64,000 nt of DNA from Balanoglossus misakiensis (lineage: Eukaryota; Animalia; Hemichordata), in contig CM082586.2 of NCBI GenBank assembly GCA_040954595.2, forward strand, positions 6,000,509-6,064,508. The letters are read 5' to 3'. A program made the position numbers and the translations under genes. Positions 39,401 to 48,426 of the stretch are shown here, piece by piece; position 1 is the stretch's first letter; each line of letters opens with the position of its first letter. A model generated the notes under the pieces. The model was given only the letters and a program-made list of their open reading frames with translations, searched no databases and was not told the DNA's origin.

Positions 39401-40949
39401 ACACCTTCCATCTCCCAGTTTCACACTTCTCCTTGACAACAACTCACTGAACAAACCAAATTCATCACTGCCAACACGCAAGAGGTAGCCAAGGACAAAT
39501 GGCTGTGTCCGCTCAGCGGGAAGAAATTCAAGGGACCGGAGTTTGTCAGGAAGCATATTCTGAACAAACACGGAGACAAGTTGGAAGATGTCAAGAAAGA
39601 GGTGAGTTCATTATTTAAAGGGACCTGGGTTTATTTTCAGTATTTTTGTTCTGTGTACGAAATGCGATTTCTTGTTCTACTCCAAACAGCATGCTAATAT
39701 ACGACGTAGTACTCTGCTTGTCAACATACCCTGTATGTGTGTGTAACGACAATTGTTATTGTCGACAAAGTGCATTCTAGTATGGATTTGAATTTAAATA
39801 ATGCATAATAACAATGATGACTATATCTAAAGTATGCATAATAACAACGATGACTATGTCTTGCATGTTTTTCATGAGAGCTGTCGTCACTCAGTGTTAC
39901 TTACTCTCTTGCAAATCCATCCAGGTGGCCTTCTTCAACAACTACTTAGCCGATCCCAAACGACCCCAACTACCAGAGCCCCCGACTCCCAAGACGCCCT
40001 CGCAGCAGTCCGGCCCCGGGGCGCGGGAGGGCTTCAACGTGGGTGGTCCCTCGCCCGGCTACCAGGGACCGCCGCAGCAGGGAATGATGGGATATGGCGG
40101 ACAGCAGAGACACCCAGCGATGTATGGTGGTGATGGTCGTGGTGGTGGCGGCGGCGGCGGTGATGGTCGTGGTGGTAAGTGTATGTGTCTTTTAAGAGCA
40201 GTAATTCTTTCCTGCAAGGAATCTAAGTTTCAACATTCTGATGAGAATTCACATTGACTAACCTACATTATATCCCCAGCACTTTTGCAGAGTATGTCAC
40301 TGAAACAAAGTCGTATATATGTTTACAGTGAAAACAGTAGAACTTGTCCATAGTGGCCAGTCAAGACACGGGCCTTTATAGACAGGTGGCCTTTGTAGAC
40401 AGGCCAGTTTATGAACATTTTAATTCCAGGGGGACTGCAACTAAGTGGTCGCAATATAGAGGTATAGGGTTTGACTGTATGTGTCTGATTTGCTGACAGG
40501 TCCAGGCTTTGGCACACCAGGGTACGGAAGTCGAGGAGGCTATGATCCCTACAGCAGGGGGGCGCAGACCTATCCACAGAAGCAGCGCTCGAGGTGAGGC
40601 AGATATAAATTCTTGCAAAGTGTCTTCCTGGTAGTACAGACGAACATTGGTAGACAAAGTGTTATTGGCATATGCAGTTATCCCCATAATTGTTCCAACC
40701 ACTTTTTAGGAAAATTCTTCGAAGCGAATCATTATTATATAGAGGTGATCCGTTAAATTTGGTGATAATGGGACAGATACAATGACTTCCCCCAATTGCC
40801 CATAGAAAAGCACTACTTCTATGATACTAACGCAACACACTGACTCCAGGAGTCAAGTTTCCTCTTCCCACAGAGTTCCACGGAACGACCCCCGGGAACT
40901 GATCCAGTACCGAGATCTGGATGCTCCGGACGACATGGATTACTTCTGA
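30408..40949 (+). CDS. SRRT: Serrate RNA effector / ARS2; ~20 coding exons: 30408-30532, 30821-30958, 31376-31531, 31953-32138, 33572-33741, 33999-34143, 34384-34434, 34987-35050, 35495-35696, 36105-36209, 36423-36622, 36780-36920, 37264-37461, 37791-37958, 38373-38523, 38847-38955, 39448-39601, 39925-40174, 40500-40593, 40874-40949; probable non-coding first exon ending ~30128
   Basis: [24 protein letters not shown] start; MMTFKQFL; HKEEEWFRSKYHP; RRM ([22 protein letters not shown]); [11 protein letters not shown]; zinc finger [24 protein letters not shown]; C-terminus [19 protein letters not shown] at 41171. Confidence 0.97.
35256..35404. repeat. Degenerate (TATG)n microsatellite in an SRRT intron
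   Basis: Directly visible. Confidence 0.9.
36944..37158. mobile_element. MITE with TA-CTGTAAAACAC...GTGTTTTACAG-TA termini; second copy 38022-38222
   Basis: Terminal inverted repeats and a shared internal TTTTCGCGAG...AAATTTTTCGC sequence in both copies. Confidence 0.7.
37522..37704. mobile_element. MITE with TA-CAGTCAAACC...GGT(T/C)TGACTG-TA termini (Tc1/mariner-pogo-like); related copies 35875-36018 and ~40324-40479
   Basis: Terminal inverted repeats flanked by TA and internal AGACAGGTGG(T/C)C repeats shared among three SRRT introns. Confidence 0.7.
38956..39447 (+). other. U12-type (minor spliceosome) AT-AC intron in SRRT
   Basis: 5' end ATATCCTTT at 38956, branch site TCCTTGAC at 39430-39437, terminal AC at 39446-39447. 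Removal joins KDPES to [12 protein letters not shown] in frame. Confidence 0.9.
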
Positions 40950-41924
40950 GCAGCGTGCTTGCCTAAAGCGAAGATGATCATGTAAGAGACAGAAGAGGAA
41001 TTTTTACTGTGCCCGTCAGTACATGTGCATTTCGAGTCAATCCCGTGATGTACACTAGGGCAGTCATACAGCCAAGTGGACTCGGTGATTTACGGCGTAG
41101 CGTCTGTTTTTCTGCCAGTGAAACGTCGTATTCTCAAATTTGCCACTTGTTCCCTTCCATGTATTGAAATAATAAAGAAGTGAATTTTATCTTGTCAGCT
41201 GTGTTGTTTCCTTGTTAATCTCTTCCCATCCCTGTCCATAGACTCAACAGGCATTATTGTGATGTCAGACTTGTGTAGACTAATTGACCTTTGAACCCTC
41301 GTGACCTTTAACATGTGCAAGGAATCATGGGAAAATCTCAGAGAAGTAGAATTATCACACATATTTGATTACCACATACTCCAGACATGCCAATATAAGA
41401 AGTTTTTTTAAATACATTTTTCTACTGGTTAGACAATCCTAAAGGTCGGTAAACCTGTTTTGTCTAAAAATTAGATTATTGAACCTGTGAAATATATTCC
41501 TATAGCAGATTTTTTTGTAAGCTGTATTTGTATTGTTAACCATCACTGTTGGAATTGAGAGACTTAGAATACTTCCACATCTTTGTGTGCAGACGTAGTT
41601 TAGTTGTGTCTTCCTTCCGAATTTTGCTACGTTTAAAGAAGTGTGTGTCACATTTCCTATATGATAATGAAATAAAAGTCCAAGTCAGTAACATGGTGAG
41701 TGGAAATGCACGTTTTCATCTTGGTGTGTGATCCTGTATGTGGTGCGGCCATTTTGTAATGAATTCTTTTGTGTGATTAGGCGTTATGTAAACTTTGATA
41801 CGTCTACCTTTATTTTAATGAAAATTCGGCAGATATGCCAGAATAAATGAAAATAAGAATAGGCAAAACTTAAAATCCAGCACCCAAGAAGTACATGTAG
41901 TCAATAAATTTCCTCTGCAATATT

Positions 41925-43502
41925 TTAGTTCCTTTTTCGTTTCGACCTTTTCAATTGTTTGGACTTTTTCATTGCCTTGGTCATAGCTGGGCCATACCAT
42001 GACTGGTAGCATTTCAAATAGTTTTTCATTAATAGATGATTTGCATAATTCAAAGTTTCTTCGGGTTTGTCTTCCAAAAATCTATATTTGTTGTAATTTG
42101 GGTTTCTAATAGCAACGTGACGCACCGCCACGTCATCGCACTGTGCGATCTTCAAGATGCCGACCGCATCGATGAAAAATTCCCGATGTGCGATGCGCTC
42201 GTAGCGTAAGTCAAACCCAACTTTGCGCACAGCGTCTGTTTTTGCCATCCAGAAGTTAGCGACCATGTCCAGGAAGCGACAGTTGGGAAATTCCTGGACT
42301 TTCCCGTGGTCTGTTTTCTTTGCCGACATGCAGTAACCACCGTCGCCTTCCTTGATGTCTAGAACGGTGTAGTAGTTGTCGGTGTTCGTGCAGATGCAAG
42401 GCAGAAAACTCCCGTCATCCTGTTCGAACATGCCGCCAACAAGGTCCAGGTCCGCCGTTGGCGAATTGAGCTTATCGACGAACGATTCAAGTTTCGTCCT
42501 CTGTGTGAAAATAAAATCGTCGTCTACCCACAGAAAATACTTTGTCCTTACTTGACTGAGTAATAAGTTCTTGCCGGCGTTGTATCCTTCCGCGAACGGC
42601 ATGAGGTAGTGCTTAATATTGTTACCCAGAATTCGTTGCGTCTCCTTTGAGTCGTCGGCGACGATAATCGTCATCTGCGGGTAGAACGCGTTAACGCTCT
42701 TCACAAGTCGATTCACGGCGTCATACCTTTCAAATGTTTTCGTAACTACCGTCACCAAACTGTTAATGTCACTGTCCTCGCCCGGGACGCGTAACTTCGG
42801 CAATTCTGGCCGACGAATGAAAATGTGAATATGAGCCGAGAAATCTAGTAGGCGAAAGTCGATTACATCACGGGCTTTGATATGGTAATGCGTACTCCTG
42901 TAGGAAACGCACCCAAGAACGTTATTCAGTGCCTGTACATCTGGAAATGCAGATATCCTAATTTCGTTCGAATTGTTGCCCGAAATTTTTACGTTGCTTG
43001 TGTGTACTGGACAGTCAATGAACAATTCACCGAAATGTTTCTTTGTCTCCAACACTGCGGTGCGATTCACGCTTGCATTATGCAGCGCTGGTAATGAGTG
43101 GACTTGCAAACCTGTGACTCTGACTGTCTTTAGCGGCTGCACAGTCAGTCCGCTGCCAATATAGCCAATCGGCGACCACGCCTGGCAGACCGAAACAGGT
43201 TCTTTCGTTCGCTTTCTACTGTCTTGCCACCTGGCGAACTCTGATCGCCTTCTTTGGACGGCGTCGATATCCTCTAGAGGGCCTATATTGTTATTCCCAC
43301 GGCACACGCATTCGCCATTTTCTCCCTGACTGCCTTCAGCGCGCACCGCCTCTTCGCGAGAACGCACCGGGTTTCTGTCCAGCGAAAAGCTTGTCGTATC
43401 CGGCGCCGTCCAATTTACAGGCCATCCAACACGAATCAGTATGTCTATCGTCACCAGTAACAGAAGAAGTGTAACCAAGATGTCTCCCTTTCGTCGCCTC
43501 AT
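41925..43502 (-). CDS. Beta-1,4-N-acetylgalactosaminyltransferase-like (B4GALNT1/2 family), single-exon type II membrane protein
   Basis: The first ATG at 43502 gives MRRRK plus a hydrophobic signal anchor. The GT-A domain has VTVVTKTFERY, IIVADDS, MPFAEGYNAGKNLLLSQVRTKYFLWVDDDF, NFWMAKT..VGFD and HREFFID. Confidence 0.9.
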   Translation of the reverse strand: MRRRKGDILVTLLLLLVTIDILIRVGWPVNWTAPDTTSFSLDRNPVRSREEAVRAEGSQGENGECVCRGNNNIGPLEDIDAVQRRRSEFARWQDSRKRTKEPVSVCQAWSPIGYIGSGLTVQPLKTVRVTGLQVHSLPALHNASVNRTAVLETKKHFGELFIDCPVHTSNVKISGNNSNEIRISAFPDVQALNNVLGCVSYRSTHYHIKARDVIDFRLLDFSAHIHIFIRRPELPKLRVPGEDSDINSLVTVVTKTFERYDAVNRLVKSVNAFYPQMTIIVADDSKETQRILGNNIKHYLMPFAEGYNAGKNLLLSQVRTKYFLWVDDDFIFTQRTKLESFVDKLNSPTADLDLVGGMFEQDDGSFLPCICTNTDNYYTVLDIKEGDGGYCMSAKKTDHGKVQEFPNCRFLDMVANFWMAKTDAVRKVGFDLRYERIAHREFFIDAVGILKIAQCDDVAVRHVAIRNPNYNKYRFLEDKPEETLNYANHLLMKNYLKCYQSWYGPAMTKAMKKSKQLKRSKRKRN

Positions 43503-44732
43503 TCTGTCTGCGGTCACTGACGGTGAAACTGACGCCAATGCAGGTAGGCCTACTTTCACTTGTTACGTAATATTGATATGACCTCTTCTCGAGTCAAACT
43601 CTTTTGTTGGAGCGCACTGACCAGACTCGTGGTTCATTTAGCACGTTTAGCAGTTGGAATTAAACTCGACTGTCTGCGATTTGTGACAAACAAAAATTAT
43701 TGTTAGTGTGGATGCATATTGGTAAGTTACATGCGAAAGTGACGTTTTTACCGTTTCTGCTTGTCTGACGTACTCAACGTCAGGTACATATCTCTTGCGT
43801 CATGTGCATGCGGCCATGTTTCTTGGCGAGGTTTTTCAGTACCGATATTTCTCGACATAAAAAACAAAATACGGACAATGGTATACGGGGAAGCCGTTGT
43901 TCTTTCGCTTTAGTTTACGAAGAAATACGCGAATAAACATTCGCTTTTCCATGTATACCGACACAGGCGCACTTACTTCGCTTTGTGTCAGTGCTTTTAC
44001 TGCGACGACGGAGCAGCAGTGTACGTTTTGAATTGCGTTTCAAGTGAACAGTTGTTTTAGACAACGGTCTGTCATTTACTGCGCATTACTGGGAGACAAT
44101 CTGGCACTTGGACCCATGAACATGTACGCATCATTAGTGCATGAAGGGATAATTTTAGCGTGTAAAAATCAAAGTTCAACCGGAAGATATTTTTCATTAT
44201 ACATTGTATAGGTGTTTCAGACATCATTATAGCTTTCAGCATACCCGTAAACTCTGTAACAAGGTCAATTTTCAGATTTCGACCTTTATTTTCTGAGATA
44301 TGTTTCTATATACATGTACACATAAAATACATTTTAAAATTACAATGCGGATGAACAATTTTCGATTTCCACTCTTATTTCTCAGAAAATTGCAGTCATG
44401 AAACACTACAGCTAATGACATCCTTGTGTCCGTACGGAGAGGTACCAGTCTGAAGAAGATGTAAGTTTACAATTAACACAAATTGTTAAAATTAATCCCC
44501 GAGAAAACGGTGCAATATCCCAAGCGGAGCTGGTTGTTTTTAATTTTCCTTTAACCAGATATTCAAATTCATTGTCCCTCCCCCTAAATTATAATCTACT
44601 AGTATTGCATGCTAGAGTCTTGTTCGGACAGAATGAAGCCAGTGTCATGCAAAACGGCGACAGTAATTTGAAAGTTGGTAAATTACAGGATATTTAACCT
44701 GTTGGTTACATTGGTAGCGGGGCGTGACCTCT

Positions 44733-45465
44733 TCACCAGTCCGAGTCATAACCGTATGAGGAACTTGAATTGTAAGAATCGTAATCGTAATCGTCATGTT
44801 GAACGAACCCTAAAAATGAACAAGAAAACGAAGGTATGAGACAAAAATTAAAATGAAACAAGAAAGACATGATGTTGATCCATGACGCAGTTCTAGGGCT
44901 TCTACGCCGTGTGCACGGGAAAGCACATAGGCCCGGCCCTATACCATAGACATAATGAGATTATCATGGAATAACTATTTGCGTGGCCTGATGAGATTTC
45001 TTTTATAAACTTATACGTCAGCTGTTGTATAGTTGGTCTCCCAAGTAAGTAAACGGGCTCATCAAGGCACTTACACGTATTTTTTCTTGACCACTTTTGG
45101 ATTAAACTCCCGTGTCTGCCATGGAAATTGCTGTCTCCTGTCACGGTGACGGACACTCCGCCATTTTTGGACGTTTGTTTTTGCTTCACCGTTTGCGGGT
45201 CCACCTCGGGTTCCACTTTCACTTTGATCGCGCCGACGACGTCGCGTTTCTCCAGGCTTCTGTAGAGATACAGCCGCCGTTGGCCGTCGTAGACGTACCA
45301 CCGACTCCCCCGTTGAAACACGGAGATCAATGGGATATCTCCCGGCGCCAACGTTTCGTCCAGAAGATCTTCCAATGTAGCGAGGATATGTCCCCCATTT
45401 GTGAAATAGGCACTGATCGATCGGCTGAGATAATGGATCTCGGACGGTTTCAGTTCGACCTCCAT
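44733..45465 (-). CDS. ParB/Srx-like domain protein, paralogue A; exon 1 45465-45075, exon 2 44809-44733 (tail WFVQHDDYDYDSYNSSSSYGYDSDW*)
   Basis: MEVELKPSEIHYLSRSISAYF..G...IPLISV...WYVYDGQRRLYLY..L...IKVKV fits the ParB-N/sulfiredoxin pattern (P-I-x-V ... DGxRR). A phase-1 GTAAGT donor and TTTTAG acceptor keep the frame. Confidence 0.72.
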
Positions 45466-46062
45466 TTTGCGTCTTATGTCGATGCGTAGTAAAATTGGAT
45501 GTGCACCTACACCGTGACTCCGAGTCCGCCGTCCATTGTATTGGCGGCTATGGCAACAGCGATGTGATTTGTTGTCGCACGTATGCACCCAGGTGATCAG
45601 TGGGCAAAAGTTCCCTCCCGCTATTTTTAGAAAGGTGACACGAGGCTGTTTCCTTTGATTTGATTTGGTTTGATTGATTGATTAATTGATTGATTTAAAG
45701 TCGATAATTCCATAGTTGTAAAAGCTAGATTGAATTACAAAGACTTCTACAAACACACAAGTAGAAACCAAACGAGAAAAAAAACACAAAACAACGCACA
45801 TATCAGTTTATCTGTAATTACTTTCATTTCGAGTTTTCGGAATTTCAGGTGTGCGCAAATGCGCAGGCTTCGCGGAATCAACTTTGTTTTCGCGTTAATC
45901 GCACTCCATTCCACGTATACATCAACCTTTGTATTTACAAATATAGGTCACACACATTCGCGGCGGCAGTTCGCTGTGCAACGGTCGGCTTGATGCAACA
46001 GTCAGTTGCACTTGCCGAAAATCTGTTTCGTCCCTTGTTCAGTCCACACATTTCGTACCGCA

Positions 46063-46135
46063 ATGCCCAGAAAGTTATTACAGCCATCGGAAATTCACTA
46101 CGCGCACGACACAATCAACTGTCAATTCCAAGATG
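46063..46135 (+). pseudogene. 5' fragment of ParB/Srx-like paralogue B (MPRKLLQPSEIHYAHDTINCQFQD), truncated by the inserted duplicate
   Basis: Aligns to the N-termini of paralogues A, C and D. Similarity stops where the 46133-47180 duplicated block starts. Confidence 0.75.
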
Positions 46136-46328
46136 ACCTTGATGGTTGTGGCCGTTTGTTTGGTATATACGTACGAGTCAGTCCCAAGTTGAAGCAGTTA
46201 CGGATTTGTAAATGATATTTGTGGGTTTTTAGTTTCCTCTTTTCCACCCGCACCTAGGCCTAACTCCGTATCATTCTCTGAACTGAGTTTACGTCTTGCT
46301 AGTACTTCACTGTACTTCGAAATGTCAC

Positions 46329-46344
46329 AGGTTTCTCTTTCACT
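46329..46344 (+). promoter_or_regulatory. ISRE/IRF-like element (AGGTTTCTCTTTCACT); identical copy at 48317-48332; IRF-like ACTTTCATTTC at 45820-45830
   Basis: Matches the RGTTTCNNTTTC consensus about 100 bp upstream of the ATG of paralogues C and D. Confidence 0.4.
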
Positions 46345-46434
46345 ACGCATGCGTGCTTTGCATTTCAATTACGCGGAAATGTTTGTCCTCAGGTAGTTTT
46401 CAATAGCACTGAAAATTTAGAAATTTTGAACAGC

Positions 46435-46834
46435 ATGCCTAAAATTGATCTCAGGCCGTCGGAGATTTATTTCTTGCACGACTCCATCGACTGTCGTTTT
46501 CGGGACGGTAGACTACTCCTCGAAACATTTGATGAGTTGCTGTACGGCAAAAAATCTGTTAACGATATTCGGATCATTGCCGTGTTCTACTGGCAGGAAA
46601 AATGGTGCATTTACGTCGGACACAGACGACTCTTTTTGTACAAACGATTAGAACAGCTGGGTCTAGTCGACAGAATAGAAGTTCATGAGGTCCGGATCGA
46701 CAGAATTGACTGGGACGTCGTCGACAAGAAAAATACGACGCGAAACGACGGGGTGTCCGTCGAAATACGCAACGACCACAACTTTGACGTTAAGTTAAGG
46801 AAAACGATTAACAAGTGGAAATCGTCTTTAAAAG
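46435..46834 (+). CDS. ParB/Srx-like domain protein, paralogue C, exon 1 (recent copy of D; its own exon 2 was not copied)
   Basis: MPKIDLRPSEIYFLHDSIDCRFRDG...IAVFYWQEKWCIYVGHRRLFLYK...NTTRNDGVSVEIR; phase-1 donor after 46834. Confidence 0.72.
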
Positions 46835-47180
46835 GTGTGTATATCCCATTTTGTGTCATACTACATGTATTTCACTTTAGAACTTCAATTTTACAGATCT
46901 CTGGACTGGTGGTTAGAAGCAAACAAAAGAAGCGAGATCTGTAACTTTAATATAGGGGCCAAAATGGCGGCCGCTTGTATTTCTCCCTCCCTATAAGAGT
47001 GTGCATAAGACACACCAAATCGTTATTACTGAATCAAGTCTTCTTACGTTACGTTACGTTTACTTATCTTATATGTACCTTACCTTACTTTACTTTACCT
47101 TACCTTACATTTAATAATTGAAGGAAACCAAAACCCTGAAATTGTTGGAAATAATTGCTTCTTTTGGATTTTTTTATTCG

Positions 47181-47922
47181 ACTTATCGCCATAATTCTGA
47201 AAGAGGGTCGCTGGTGTGTCGATGCTGGACGACTATTTATCTTCAAAAAATTTGGAGAACTGGTCTTAATTGGCAGCATACCGGTGTGGGTGGTTAGGAC
47301 CCCGGATGAAGACGCCGTACGTCAGAGAAACACCACATCCAACAGAGGTGTGCGTGTTTCAGTTCGTAATGACTTCCTTTGCGAGCACAAAATGCGAAAA
47401 ATAATCGATGATTGGCGAAGATCGGGGACTACCCGAGGTATTTGAAACATTATTGTAACTGATAATAATAATTTTTATTTTAGGTGCAGCACAATACAAC
47501 AATAGTGCAAATACGATCATTCAGTAAATATAAAGGCAAATATGGGACCACCATCTTATGTGACAGTTGACTTCTGGGATGTCTTTATTGACAATAGTGA
47601 ATTTTAATTCCAACCATAATGTTTTCGTGTACTCTTGTGTCCAGCAGGGTTTGCGGTCCCAGTGTCACGGTCGCGTAGACATGATCAAATCTCCGGTATG
47701 GGAACAAGAATTGGTTACCATGACACCGGCGACCAATGGAATAACTTTGGTGGCCCATCGACCAACACTGGTCATAGGTGGGAAAACGCACGAAACCGGC
47801 ATTATAACCAGGGCAATGGCGAAGTTCAATGGGGGAACTTGTTAATATTTCTCATATGCGCGTTGGTAATGGGGGTGTTTTTGATCGGAGAGTTCGGTGA
47901 ATGGATGCGGTCACTCAAGTGA
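47181..47922 (+). pseudogene. 3' part of ParB/Srx-like paralogue B: rest of exon 1 (47181-47437) and a terminal exon (~47645-47922) encoding a C-terminal transmembrane helix
   Basis: IAIILKEGRWCVDAG-RLFIFKK...RNTTSNRGVRVSVRND...KIIDDW aligns with the second half of the domain. Phase-1 donor after 47437. The terminal exon ends LLIFLICALVMGVFLIGEFGEWMRSLK*. Confidence 0.65.
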
Positions 47923-48426
47923 CGAGCAAGACCGTCGTACTTTGTGGCACGGGTAGAAACACTTTGAAGATCCAGAAAGTTACGATTCGAAAAGATGATG
48001 TTCATGTCTTCATGAGGTTTGCACAATAAATTAAATTCAGTATCTGTAAACTTAAACGTGTTTTTGGTGTGTAAATTTCTCGACATCCGCTGTTGTGAAT
48101 ATTGCATTTAACCGACATAGGGGCCTAGACTGGACGTGTATAATGACCTTGATGGTCGTGGCCGTTTAGTATATATGTACGAGTCCCAAGTTGAAGCAGT
48201 CACGGATGTGTAAATGATATTCGGGGGTTTTTAGTTTCCTCTATTTCCACCGACACCTTACTGTATCATTCTCTGAGGTCTTGCTAGTATACGGCACTAT
48301 ACTTCGAAATGTCACCAGGTTTCTCTTTCACTACGCATGCGTGCTTTGCGTTTCAAATACGCGGAAATGTTTGTCCTCAGGTAGTTAATTTTCAATAGCA
48401 CTGGAAATTTAGAAATTTTGAACAGC

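Larger units (their letters stand above)
46133..47180 (+). repeat. ~1.05 kb local duplication of ~48143-49230 (upstream region, exon 1 and intron of paralogue D)
   Basis: Both copies begin ATGACCTTGATGGT(T/C)GTGGCCGTTT, end ...TTTTTATTCGA, and are near-identical throughout, including the intron TTACC-like repeats. Confidence 0.92.

Noticed and set aside
43503-43559. N-terminal extension of the 544-aa ORF from a GTG start
   Set aside because: Eukaryotic gene; the first ATG at 43502 gives a proper type II signal anchor.
47045-47110. Short TTACG/TTACC repeats (also 49077-49141) as CRISPR-like or telomere-like arrays
   Set aside because: Degenerate pentanucleotide microsatellite with no spacers, copied along with the duplication.
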